Part shown: piece after piece, positions 1 to 9,697 of the stretch
Position numbering within the stretch: position 1 is the first letter of the stretch
How the letters are laid out: each line of letters begins with the position of its first letter
From: Deltaproteobacteria bacterium
GTDB taxonomy: Bacteria; Desulfobacterota; JAJRXV01
Direction of reading: 5' to 3'
NCBI GenBank assembly: GCA_024276115.1
Contig: JAJRXV010000276.1
Span: 1-45,435, forward strand
Length of the DNA: 45,435 nt
Program-made: the position numbers and the translations under genes
The notes under the pieces: model-generated
Told to the model about the DNA's origin: nothing
What the model saw: only the letters and a program-made list of their open reading frames with translations
The model's database searches: none

Positions 1-1
1 A

Positions 2-1723
2 AAAAAATCTAGCCGCCTCAAGAAGAGAAGAAAAGTTGTCGATGTCAAAGTAATATTTATTGACGTACGGTTCATGTAAGTTGAAATAGAAAAAACGTTC
101 CAGTTCTTGATGCAAATTGTATTCTTCAAGTTTTTTCACAGCGTCTTCTTTTTTTAGATTTTGCTTTGCGCGTAAAATAAGCCTCTCAAGCTCTGTCAGA
201 ACCATATCCTTCGCGTCGTCCAATTCATCGTAAGACCACTTACTTCCATCAAATAGCGGGGTCATCTCCTGCTTGAAGGTGAAAACATATTTATCACTGA
301 AACCTTCTTCTGACAAACTAACCAGCTTTTCTATTAAATCAAAGTTTTTCCACTTCCCAACAGTTTTTATTATATTCCCAGAATGCGTCATAAGCGCGAG
401 CCCGAAGGCGTTTTTGTCGTCAACCTCCTTCGCTTCTTTCTCCATCCTACGCGCCCAACTTATTACCTCTGAAAGCGGTGATTTATAATGAGCGATAACG
501 ATCCCGGCAGAGAAGGTCAGGTTCTTACCAGCGCCATCTTGTGCAACGTATTTATTAAATTTGTACCGCATTTTTTTGACGACACAAAACAGTTCATTGA
601 TATTGACAAAAGCCATTACATCATCACCACCGGCATAGATGAGCTTACCTTTGGATTCGTTATTAAATACTTTTTTTTGTACTTCTGTGCCAAACTTGCT
701 AAGGCGTTTAGATAAGCTTTTATGGGATTCCTCGCTATTATCTAGCCACTTCCCTGAAAGGTGCTTCCCCATATCATCGACATCGAGCATGATAAGAGCG
801 TAATACTTGTTGAGGCTTAAATCGTTATTCTTTGCTAATTCGCGATTTTCTTGTCTGATTTTAGGAAGATATTTAACAATACTTTCCAAACCATGCTTTT
901 TAAAATAATCTGGCGTTAAGTTTTTTTCATAAAACAGTTGCTCGTCAAAGTTACTATTAAAAAGATTCTTGTATGCGTTAATTTTGCCATCATCAAGCTT
1001 TTGCAATGTATAGCTTAACGCTATTCCAGCCGTAGATGGAAAGCTTTTATTACTTTTATCATAAAACCTCTTTGTAAAGCATACCGCGCACAAAACTTCG
1101 TTCTCCTCTATCCTTTTACAGCTATCAGCGACTTTAAACGCCGCGGTTTGTTTGCTCAACGCTCGCTTTGGAGCGTTCACGCACCTGTAAAAAACAAAAT
1201 CACGCTCACCGCAAAGAGAGCACTTAGCACCGGTCTCTGGATACTGCTCGAAAGTCCGAACATTCTTTACCGCGCCGAGCAGAGACTCAAGCCTGCTGTA
1301 ATCTTTATTGTAATCTTTAAATGGAAGAGTTACCCACGATACATTAAGAAAATTATTAAGTTGAAGCAGGCATTTTTCACACTGTTTTATAAAAAAAACA
1401 TTTTTTACTACCTTATCAATAGCTTCCCCAAAATATTTTATTAACTCTTTATTCATCTTATCTTTTATCGTTTTCCCAATCTCGTTGGCTTTATCCTTCG
1501 GTATTATAGCGATAAACCGGTTCGGGTTGGAAGGATAAGCTTTGCCATTTTGATGCGGGAAAATCATCTCATGCCCTTGTATTTTTTTTATTTCTTCAAT
1601 CGCCACTTGTATCAAATCCGAAAGTAGCTTGCTACCACCGAACAGATCGACCGTCTTCCGCGCCTGCGCGATGAATGACTGCACGGGGGATATAGTTAGT
1701 ATAAAAAGTGATTTATTATCCAT
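2..1723 (-). CDS. cas10: Type III-B CRISPR Cas10/Cmr2, no HD domain; 3' end just beyond the window edge
   Basis: Not in the ORF track because it has no stop inside the window. Manual translation from ATG 1723 gives MDNKSLFILTISPVQSFIAQARKTVDLFGGSKLLSDL (Cmr2 N-terminal motif), then PNRF, CSLCGER..LCAVC (Zn ligands), YYALIMLDVDDMG, IYAGGDD (palm, ~620-640) and ...NFSSLLEAARFF at the edge. Overlaps the cmr1 stop. Confidence 0.95.
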   Translation of the reverse strand, partial: MDNKSLFILTISPVQSFIAQARKTVDLFGGSKLLSDLIQVAIEEIKKIQGHEMIFPHQNGKAYPSNPNRFIAIIPKDKANEIGKTIKDKMNKELIKYFGEAIDKVVKNVFFIKQCEKCLLQLNNFLNVSWVTLPFKDYNKDYSRLESLLGAVKNVRTFEQYPETGAKCSLCGERDFVFYRCVNAPKRALSKQTAAFKVADSCKRIEENEVLCAVCFTKRFYDKSNKSFPSTAGIALSYTLQKLDDGKINAYKNLFNSNFDEQLFYEKNLTPDYFKKHGLESIVKYLPKIRQENRELAKNNDLSLNKYYALIMLDVDDMGKHLSGKWLDNSEESHKSLSKRLSKFGTEVQKKVFNNESKGKLIYAGGDDVMAFVNINELFCVVKKMRYKFNKYVAQDGAGKNLTFSAGIVIAHYKSPLSEVISWARRMEKEAKEVDDKNAFGLALMTHSGNIIKTVGKWKNFDLIEKLVSLSEEGFSDKYVFTFKQEMTPLFDGSKWSYDELDDAKDMVLTELERLILRAKQNLKKEDAVKKLEEYNLHQELERFFYFNLHEPYVNKYYFDIDNFSSLLEAARFF

Positions 1724-2615
1724 TTAGAATTTTCTCTTTAAAGTTATTTTGTACATTCTTACACGTCTCAATATTATTTGTATTGGTATTTAATGTTGTA
1801 ATTATCGGGTGAAATTTACCTGAAATTTCAACTACAGAAACGTAAACAGGTGAAGCGAGCCGGGGATTAATGCCCCCAATATAGCTCTTGTTTCCATTAT
1901 TACAGCAGTCACTGCTTACTTTCCCTATTTTTGTTAATAAGTTATCCATATCATCATACGCACTACCTATTTCTATAGATCTGATATACGGATAACTATT
2001 ATTTGTTATATCAGGATTTATTTTATTAACTATTTTATTACCATCAATTTTATAGGTACCTTCCTTCACTTTCTCAAGTAAATCAAATATATGTTTTATA
2101 TAACTCTCGGATTCGGCTCCATTTATTATTTTAACGCTACCGTAACCCCTCCTTGTTTTCGTTCCGAGCCCGCCTAATAAAGTAGTCAACTCAAACAACC
2201 TCTCAAGCATTTTCTCGTCAAAGCTAATCCTATTAGTTAGTTTAATTTCATTTGTTAATTTCAAACAAATTTCTAATTCTTGCCCAATGCAGAATCCTTT
2301 TTTAAAAAAGCTTTTCTTAATCTTTCCGTTACGATCTGTTTTATTATATGTTTCGCCATCTCTATGAGTAAGCACTTTAATTCCTTTATGCCTTAATTCC
2401 CCATTAACCCTTATCACCACCTTACTCCGCCCCGCATCACTGCTACCAAAGATAGCGGCTTCATCGCTCTTAAGTGCCGCTAAATCCCCTTGGGCCTGCA
2501 CTGCACGCCACCAGAAGCGCAAAGCTCCCTTGATTGATGGCGGTCTCAGCTCAGGTGTCTTGCCGTCCGCACCGGTCATGAACATCGGTGTTATTATTTT
2601 GCAATTTATCGCCAT
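1716..2615 (-). CDS. cmr1: Type III-B RAMP protein Cmr1
   Basis: ITPMFMTGAD..ELRPPSIKGALRFWWRA, IFGS and G-rich loop LGGLGTKTRRGYGS; directly upstream of cmr2. Confidence 0.93.
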   Translation of the reverse strand: MAINCKIITPMFMTGADGKTPELRPPSIKGALRFWWRAVQAQGDLAALKSDEAAIFGSSDAGRSKVVIRVNGELRHKGIKVLTHRDGETYNKTDRNGKIKKSFFKKGFCIGQELEICLKLTNEIKLTNRISFDEKMLERLFELTTLLGGLGTKTRRGYGSVKIINGAESESYIKHIFDLLEKVKEGTYKIDGNKIVNKINPDITNNSYPYIRSIEIGSAYDDMDNLLTKIGKVSSDCCNNGNKSYIGGINPRLASPVYVSVVEISGKFHPIITTLNTNTNNIETCKNVQNNFKEKILNG

Positions 2616-2619
2616 TCTC

Positions 2620-2808
2620 TCACCCCACCCTCACGAACATTTCGTACATCCCCATACCGGCACTGGTACCCTTGCCGACATTAATGACGCTACCGAGTAT
2701 CAAGTGCGGCATGAACGGCGGAAGAGTCACCTTAGTAAAGGGAGTAAACTGTACCTTTAGTTTTGCAACTTTGAACTCGTCTAGTTTATTCATAGCATGA
2801 CCGGGCAC
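2620..2808 (-). pseudogene. cas6: cas6 remnant: N-terminus fused in frame to the C-terminal G-loop
   Basis: C-terminal half FMPHLILGSVINVGKGTSAGMGMY matches the Cas6 glycine-rich loop. N-terminal half FKVAKLKVQF...LPPF resembles the first Cas6 strand. Only 57-62 aa versus about 250-300 aa expected. Confidence 0.8.
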
Positions 2809-3014
2809 TGTTAAAATACATTTTAATTATTTAAATAATAATTATTAGTCTGAATATAGTCCACGTAATCTACAAAAAAGACGCATCTAACAAACATGAA
2901 TATCGAAGAATACGATTTCTTATCTATATAATATTATAACTTTATTTGCAATGAAATAATGTACGTGGTTTGCAAACATGAAATTCAAGGGTCGCTGAAT
3001 CAAAATCACAGCAA

Positions 3015-3028
3015 CCCCCCCCCCCCCC
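3015..3028. repeat. C14/G14 homopolymer tract upstream of the cas operon
   Basis: 14 consecutive C in an AT-rich intergenic region. Confidence 0.9.
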
Positions 3029-3348
3029 GCGACAATTATCATTCTGATTAGTCCGCTTGTTTGCGACATGGGGGAATAAGCAGTTATAACAATAAGTTGA
3101 CTCGTTGCACGGAAATTGACCTAAAAAAAGCTTCCTATTTATTTTTTTTATGAACGTGGTTCTTGAGTCTGTAACTGGTTGATATACATAGTTTTTTACA
3201 GAGCATTCCACATTAGAGAGGGGTTGTTTAACCTCTGCACACCCTCCAGCAGTCAAGGTGAGGATAGCACAGGGGGATAAATACATCACCGATTTCGGGT
3301 CTAAATTCGCCGCTGGGATTGTCGCGCGGGAGTTAGAAGCACTCCTCG

Positions 3349-3969
3349 CTACAGTTCCACCTGCTCATTAGTCGCGGATACTTTTTTATTCTTTCGGCGT
3401 ATGAGATGCCAGGTCAGGAACAGCATTGAAAAAAGCGCGAAACCTTTAACCAAAAATGTCACAACTTCAAAATTACGTCCGATGTAAATAAGCGGTAGCA
3501 GTATCAGCCTGACGAGGCTCCGCAGTCGTTCGCGGTCAAGCGTCATCCTCGCCAGCAGGCTCTTGTCTTTCAGGGTGATGTACGTCTCTTTGTACCGCCG
3601 CTTTTTTATCTTTGTGCCGGGCGCGATAAAGCTGATCCGATCGAATTCCTGCCGCACCCCACGAGTGGGGTCATACTTGCGGTAGTGTAGCCCTGACGCT
3701 GTTATTGGACCATACGCGTAGTAATAGTCTCTAAACATTCGCCCTGCCCAGAATTTTACGAGGTGCATGTCCCGAAATTCACGGAGCTTGTTCAGCTCTT
3801 TAGGTACGTTAGGGTTGTTATACTTTGTTCGTTTATTCAGTGCTCGTTTTTTTTCTATTGCTTTTTGCCGCTTCACTTCTTTTGGGTTGGCAAACTGCTT
3901 GTACTCCGCGGCGTGACTGGCGGATGAAATAGAAAGTATCAGAATAATGGTCAGAAGCACCGTTCTCAT
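3349..3969 (-). CDS. Exported, membrane-anchored protein with a CFI-box-CTERM-like segment
   Basis: Signal peptide MRTVLLTIILILSISSASHA (ATGA overlap with the upstream gene); LREFRDMHL..WAGRMFRDYYYAYGP..RLILLPL; C-terminal TM helix followed by RRKNKK. Confidence 0.65.
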   Translation of the reverse strand: MRTVLLTIILILSISSASHAAEYKQFANPKEVKRQKAIEKKRALNKRTKYNNPNVPKELNKLREFRDMHLVKFWAGRMFRDYYYAYGPITASGLHYRKYDPTRGVRQEFDRISFIAPGTKIKKRRYKETYITLKDKSLLARMTLDRERLRSLVRLILLPLIYIGRNFEVVTFLVKGFALFSMLFLTWHLIRRKNKKVSATNEQVEL

Positions 3970-4823
3970 TTTTGGAAGCCTCTGAGGAATATCGACCGCA
4001 ATCCCCACGACATGTGATAAAAGAGGTACGCGACAAAAGGTATACTAAACGATAGGATAGATGAGATGATAAACGCTTCTTCTTCTATCATAAAAAAACA
4101 TAGCACGAGTGCGTAGAATATACCGATGCTTAATATGCGCCGGTTCAGGTACTCCACCACCTCGCTTAATGCAAGATAAATCGAGAGCAACATTCCGACG
4201 ACTGTGCCTACTGACATGCCGAGTATCGATGCCGCGGCCGCAATCTCTAACGAGCCAACAGATACATACGCCACCTCAAGGAACAGGCGCCCATCGATCA
4301 CACCGATATGAACAAATCCGTAGATCATAACGATAAACACAGCGCCAAGTATACCGCAGAACATGCTGAGCAGTACCTTAAAAAAGTTCTGGATGTAGAA
4401 GAATGGCGCGTCGCCACGCAGATGCGTGAACGGCTCGGGGATGATGGTCGCCATCTCTTCTTTTTTAGTCAAGGTATCCGCGGGGAAAATATTTTCAGAA
4501 GCGAGGTGTTTCATCAACTGCCGCAACCTGTACATAAGGAGCTGGCGCAGCTTGGTTTTTTCCCACGGTAGAGAGATAGAGTTAATCTTCACAGTTACTT
4601 TATGCTCGTGCAATTCACCATAGTTTATGATGATCTTGTGCCTGATGTGGTTTGGATTGAGCGACATGACGCTACCACCAAGTAGCACAAGAGTCCCGTC
4701 ATCCTTATTATACTCCAGCGTTTCATACTGTAACAGAAAAGAAAAGTGCATCACAGCGTCGATAAACTTCGTTTCATCTATGTTATTTGTTGTGAACCTT
4801 CTTGAGAATCCTACTTTAAACAT
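3966..4823 (-). CDS. Hypothetical membrane protein (soluble N-domain plus about 4 TM helices)
   Basis: GGAGG precedes ATG 4823; hydrophobic C-terminal half; no family recognised. Confidence 0.75.
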   Translation of the reverse strand: MFKVGFSRRFTTNNIDETKFIDAVMHFSFLLQYETLEYNKDDGTLVLLGGSVMSLNPNHIRHKIIINYGELHEHKVTVKINSISLPWEKTKLRQLLMYRLRQLMKHLASENIFPADTLTKKEEMATIIPEPFTHLRGDAPFFYIQNFFKVLLSMFCGILGAVFIVMIYGFVHIGVIDGRLFLEVAYVSVGSLEIAAAASILGMSVGTVVGMLLSIYLALSEVVEYLNRRILSIGIFYALVLCFFMIEEEAFIISSILSFSIPFVAYLFYHMSWGLRSIFLRGFQK

Positions 4824-5293
4824 TTTGCCTCCAAATTTGCTCAAAATGTAGTCCAAATTGGAATTGTTGTCAAGCAATATTAATTTTTTGCCTGTAACTA
4901 CCCGATAATTTCACGCGACCGCCTCAATCGGGAATATTTTCTTTTTAAGCTTTCCGTAAATTTTAAGTCTAACTCGTATTTTAGCTTGAATTTACTCCGT
5001 TTTTTAATTATCTCGTGCTGCGCGTACGACTTTTTTTCCGTGCCACGTAATATTTTCGTACCTTGCGCATCTTGATGAAAAACCTATGCACGGTAGCAGA
5101 CGATGATATATAAAAACTTTAAAAACCTATTGTTTTATTCAAAAAGTTTGCTACAATTAATCAATAAAAAAGAGTATTCTTTATCTTTATAGTTATTGCT
5201 GTAACTGTAGAGTTTAAGTTATTATTGAAAATGCACTGCAATACACATTTGTGTTTGCATTCGAAAACACCTATTCATTTTAGTAATGTAAAT

Positions 5294-6943
5294 ATGACGT
5301 GGTTGTCCAATATGAATATTAAATCTAAGCTTCTGGCTTCTTTTTCTTTAACCTCGGTTGTTATTCTGATAATGGGGTTGTTGGGTTTCTACGGTGTATG
5401 GTCTATGAGACAGGAGCAGAGCAAGGTTGAGCTGAAATACCTGCCACATCTCGCTCAACTGACAAAGATCGAGATCAACATGTGGCAGATGCTTGGTACC
5501 GAGCGCACAATTCTATTGACATCGAACGAAGATTTCGCGGCGGACCTTCTGTTTGATGATGAGGAAGAGGTAGCCGATGAAGGAGCTGTTGAAGAGGACA
5601 CGGTTTTTAAAGAGATAAATAAGTCAAGCAGGCTTTCTAGTGAAGTTGATGATGTAATCAAGAAGATCGAACGTGTTGAGTTTTCCCCCGATGAAAAGAA
5701 GATTTACTCTCAGTTTATCGTTTTGTACAGGTACTGGATGAATCTACACTTAGAGATACTCGAAGCCGACGATATAGACGCGCGTGAGATGTCTCAGGGC
5801 GAGGGGGAAGACGCCTTTAAAAAAGCAATCGATGCCCTAGAGTCCTTGATAAGGTTAAGTGAAAAAAATGTTTCAAGGGTGATTCAGAACTCGGAAGAAA
5901 AATATGATTTCACGAAATACTTGTTGCTGTTGGTCTTGCTTTTCGGTGTAACCGCCAGCTTGTACTTTGGTAATTTCATTTCGAGCAAGATAAGCTCAAA
6001 CATAAAGAAGGTTGTGTTTGTAATCAAAGATATTTCTAGTAGCAGTGACCTTACAAAACGCGTGGAAGTACATACTAATGATGAGATAGGTGACTTGGCG
6101 AACGTATTTAACCGCTTTGTCAGTGATTTTCAGGGCATTGTTAGCAACATAGCTTTAACCGCCTCAAATGTCGCCGCAAACTCACAGAAAATAGCGGGAT
6201 CAATAGAAGAAGCCTCACATAATGTTCTTCAGATAGTGCGAGACTCAGAAAAACAATCGAATACTTTGAATAGCTCTACAGAATCGATAAACGAAATAAA
6301 AAAGAAATTGACAGAAGTAAGTAACGCGACTCAAACAGCGACTGCCACAGCAAGCCGCGCTGTAGAAGAAGCTCATATCGGTGATGATGTTGTGAGTGAG
6401 ACGATAATAGGAATGGAGAAAGTCGTTGAGAGTTCTGAGAAGATAGGGCGAATCATAGATGTAATCAATGAGATATCAGAACAGACAGACCTGCTTGCGT
6501 TAAACGCCGCGATAGAAGCCGCGAAAGCTGGTGACCAGGGAAAAGGGTTCGCTGTTGTCGCCGACGAGGTTCGCAAGCTCGCCGAACGCTCAGGCAACTC
6601 AACTAAGGAGATCATGTCGCTGATCAGTGAGAGTACTGAGAGAATACACCTTGAAACGAAATATGCTAACAGTGCCGGGGAGTCGATAGCTAAAATAATA
6701 AAAAGTGTCAACTCGACTTCATCGCTGATATCAGATATTTCAAGCAAGACGACAGTACAGGCTGAAAAAACCGATGAAATAGCGATAGCCTTTGAGGAGC
6801 TTACTCAAATAAGCTCAAACAACACCGAAGCGATTGAAAAGCAACAACAACTGTTTAGTGAGTTAGATAAGAGAGCAGGAGATCTTGCTATTCTCGCGAA
6901 CAACCTTAGTCTCATGGTTGAACAATTCAAGGTGGAGGAGTAG
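5294..6943 (+). CDS. Methyl-accepting chemotaxis protein (4HB-type sensor, HAMP)
   Basis: TM-periplasmic-TM-HAMP (DEIGDLA..FN) layout, then [39 protein letters not shown]. Start placed at MTWLSN. Confidence 0.95.
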   Translation: MTWLSNMNIKSKLLASFSLTSVVILIMGLLGFYGVWSMRQEQSKVELKYLPHLAQLTKIEINMWQMLGTERTILLTSNEDFAADLLFDDEEEVADEGAVEEDTVFKEINKSSRLSSEVDDVIKKIERVEFSPDEKKIYSQFIVLYRYWMNLHLEILEADDIDAREMSQGEGEDAFKKAIDALESLIRLSEKNVSRVIQNSEEKYDFTKYLLLLVLLFGVTASLYFGNFISSKISSNIKKVVFVIKDISSSSDLTKRVEVHTNDEIGDLANVFNRFVSDFQGIVSNIALTASNVAANSQKIAGSIEEASHNVLQIVRDSEKQSNTLNSSTESINEIKKKLTEVSNATQTATATASRAVEEAHIGDDVVSETIIGMEKVVESSEKIGRIIDVINEISEQTDLLALNAAIEAAKAGDQGKGFAVVADEVRKLAERSGNSTKEIMSLISESTERIHLETKYANSAGESIAKIIKSVNSTSSLISDISSKTTVQAEKTDEIAIAFEELTQISSNNTEAIEKQQQLFSELDKRAGDLAILANNLSLMVEQFKVEE

Positions 6944-7009
6944 TTTTCAGGTTGATTTGTCGTACACAACCCGAGACGGCTGTCTTACGGTTATATTATA
7001 CTTCGTTGA

Positions 7010-9670
7010 TCAAACCTTAAACTTACCTATCTCTCTATTCAAGACATCTGATTTATTTCCCAAAGTCTCAACAACAGAATCTAAATTGTCAATGATACGC
7101 CGGTTATCCTGCGCGTTTTCGTTGATTATCCTGATGTCAGACAGAACAGAATCACTCTGCTCCTGCTGGATTTTGACCGCCTTAATGATCTGTTTGACCA
7201 TTTGAGATATGTTAAGAGTTTCGGTGCTGATGTTCTGGCTGGCGAGCGTTTGTTCCCTTACAGCCGATTTCAGTTGATACGCGATCCCCTTGATTGACTC
7301 AGTCGCTTTAAGTATCATTGTGCTACCAACGTTTTGTTCTTTTGTCGCCGATGATATCTGCTTGACCATAGTAGCGACTTCATTCATCGACTTCATGACT
7401 TCTGTAGTCTTCTTAGATTGGATCACTGTTGACTCAGCTATTGATTTTACTCTAACAGTTGATTGCTCTGTGTTCTTGTGGATCTTTTTTAGCATCTCAC
7501 CGGACCCTACGGAAAGATCAACGCTCTTGGTGACGTTTTCAAAGCTTACTCTCATAACATCTATAGCGTTATTTGATTCTTTCTGAACAGACATGATGAT
7601 GTTAGCGATCTCTTTTGTAGAGGCCGCGGTTCGGTCAGCGAGCTCCTTGATCTCATCTGCGACAATAGCGAATCCCTTGCCGTGCTCACCGGACTGCGCG
7701 GCTATTATCGCGGCATTCAGCGCCAGCAGGTTTGTCTGCTCCGCGACATTATCTATTACTTCTAAGATATCGTCAATCGATGATATCTTTGAGCCGAGCG
7801 ACTGTATAACCGCACCAGCTCTGCCGACAGAATCCTTGATAAGGTTAATGCCCTTAATGGTCTCATTCACGGAATTCATGCCCGCGGTAGCGTCCTTTAT
7901 CGATTGTTCTGAGAGTTTAACTGTCTGGCTTGCGTTATCCTCTATTCTGGAGATTGCCCTATCGATCTGCTGCATTGAGTCTTCAGTGTCGTTCGTGATC
8001 ATACTCAACACACCTGAATGGTCAGAAACCTGCTTTATCGACGCGGCCATCTGGTTGATCGACATCGCGGCGCTCTCTACGGAGGTTGAGAGTATCGCGG
8101 AGTTCTTAGCAAGCTCCTTGACTGACGCGTCTGTCTCTAGCACAGCCGAAGAGCTATTTTCCGCTGAGGTTGAGAGCTCATTTACCGCGTCGGCGATACC
8201 CTTGGTAGAGATATTCATCTCCTCAATAGCGGATACAGTCGAGGCGACAGAGGAGATCTGCGAAGAAGTACTCCTAGTGACCTTTTTAGTCTTATCGACA
8301 ATATCGTGAGAGACCTCAGAAAGAGTTATCGATACGCCATTAATACTTGTTACTATCTCCTGAAGGTTTTCGACAAACTTGTTAAACCACATCGCCAACA
8401 TACCGATCTCGTTATTAGAGCTGATTACAATGCGCTCTGACAAGTCACCCTGTCCCATCGAGATCTCTTTTAATTTATCAACAACATTATTTATTGGGGT
8501 TATTATCAGTCTTATTATGTAGAGGCTCAGAGGAATCACGACTATGAGCATCAATGCTCCAATAATAGCGAAGGAGTATGTCATGTTTTTAACCGACGCG
8601 ATATAATCAGTGTTTAACAAGAGCAGTACAAAGCCGGCTTCAAACATATTTATTTCATCTTCGAATGGCTCTATCGGAGCCACCATGGATTTATAGACCC
8701 CACCCCCGATCAGCATCTCTCCACTAGTGTGTTTTTCAGTGCTAATACTATCATAGACACCGCTAAGATCAATGCCTCCAATCTCATCTGTAGCGATCGA
8801 CGATAGCGTCATAGAGGGCGATTTACTGATTATCATCAGGTCAATACCGGTCTTTCTCTTTATGTTGTCACAAAAGCGCTTATCAATATAGATTGAGCTC
8901 CGCACAATGCCTGTCGGTCGCATGAATGCGTTTCTTACCACATTGATCGAGTCGATCCTCAAGCCAAACCTCGGGTCTATGCTTTTATGTAAGTATACTG
9001 ACAGCTTTTCATCCTTTATCCTCTGGAGGATGTCAGGCGGCAGTAGTTCGCTTTCATCCCCGCCGGCAGGTGATGGATAATCATCCTCTTCATCTGAGCT
9101 GTCGACTTCATCGATATCGAACAGGTCCTGCGCGTGCGCGCTTGTCGGAGAAAGCAGGCTAAACGCTGTTTCTGTTTTAGTCTGTATACCATTATTGAGG
9201 TTCAGGAAAGCTCTCTTAGAGGGAATAAGGTATTTGTTTCTCGAAAACGCCAACTGCTTACCAGACCAATAATCATAAACAGCTAATTCATCTATATTTT
9301 CTAATTCGAGCAAGTAGTCGGTTGCCGTTTGAATAAGAGCTTTTCCCGCCTTACTTTTATCTTCTAGCGCCTCAACGATTATACCTATGTCACTTTCGAT
9401 AGCCCCGTTATTACCACCGGAGTTTCTATTACCATAATCCATTAAATATTCTACCATAATGTCCATCTCAATCTCAATGCCATTATGGCTCTTTTCAAGC
9501 CGCTCGATCAACTGCGTGTCTAATGTTGATTCGATATAGTTCATGGAAAAAAATATAGCTGTCAGGAATGGAACGATCGATACTGCTAGAAACCAGAATT
9601 TTATTGATGACTTGAGTGAATTGCGTACGCTTGGATATTTCAAAAGCCTGCTTATGATATTGCCAGCCAT
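7010..9670 (-). CDS. Methyl-accepting chemotaxis protein with large periplasmic domain and extended signalling domain
   Basis: Two TM helices, HAMP (NEIGMLA), [37 protein letters not shown], extra heptads in the cytoplasmic hairpin. Confidence 0.95.
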   Translation of the reverse strand: MAGNIISRLLKYPSVRNSLKSSIKFWFLAVSIVPFLTAIFFSMNYIESTLDTQLIERLEKSHNGIEIEMDIMVEYLMDYGNRNSGGNNGAIESDIGIIVEALEDKSKAGKALIQTATDYLLELENIDELAVYDYWSGKQLAFSRNKYLIPSKRAFLNLNNGIQTKTETAFSLLSPTSAHAQDLFDIDEVDSSDEEDDYPSPAGGDESELLPPDILQRIKDEKLSVYLHKSIDPRFGLRIDSINVVRNAFMRPTGIVRSSIYIDKRFCDNIKRKTGIDLMIISKSPSMTLSSIATDEIGGIDLSGVYDSISTEKHTSGEMLIGGGVYKSMVAPIEPFEDEINMFEAGFVLLLLNTDYIASVKNMTYSFAIIGALMLIVVIPLSLYIIRLIITPINNVVDKLKEISMGQGDLSERIVISSNNEIGMLAMWFNKFVENLQEIVTSINGVSITLSEVSHDIVDKTKKVTRSTSSQISSVASTVSAIEEMNISTKGIADAVNELSTSAENSSSAVLETDASVKELAKNSAILSTSVESAAMSINQMAASIKQVSDHSGVLSMITNDTEDSMQQIDRAISRIEDNASQTVKLSEQSIKDATAGMNSVNETIKGINLIKDSVGRAGAVIQSLGSKISSIDDILEVIDNVAEQTNLLALNAAIIAAQSGEHGKGFAIVADEIKELADRTAASTKEIANIIMSVQKESNNAIDVMRVSFENVTKSVDLSVGSGEMLKKIHKNTEQSTVRVKSIAESTVIQSKKTTEVMKSMNEVATMVKQISSATKEQNVGSTMILKATESIKGIAYQLKSAVREQTLASQNISTETLNISQMVKQIIKAVKIQQEQSDSVLSDIRIINENAQDNRRIIDNLDSVVETLGNKSDVLNREIGKFKV

Positions 9671-9697
9671 AAGTACTCCTGTTCTGGGAAAGTTGTT

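Noticed and set aside
273-1444. Plus-strand ORFs 273..488, 488..715 and 1148..1444
   Set aside because: Antisense shadows of cas10.
2942-3289. 115-aa Cys-rich ORF
   Set aside because: No RBS or family motif, and its Gly run is just the G14 tract; probably non-coding.
2809-3348. CRISPR array or leader upstream of the cas genes
   Set aside because: No regularly spaced 28-40 bp direct repeats seen here or elsewhere in the window.
3181-3348. Possible 6S RNA or other ncRNA (CACCTTGA on the minus strand)
   Set aside because: Only an 8-nt resemblance; could not build the long rod structure.
7290-8309. Long antisense ORFs over MCP, cheA, miaB, DUF151 and galT genes (e.g. 7593..8309, 17711..18550, 30030..30620, 43298..43906)
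   Set aside because: Opposite-strand shadows of well-supported genes; low-information composition and no motifs.
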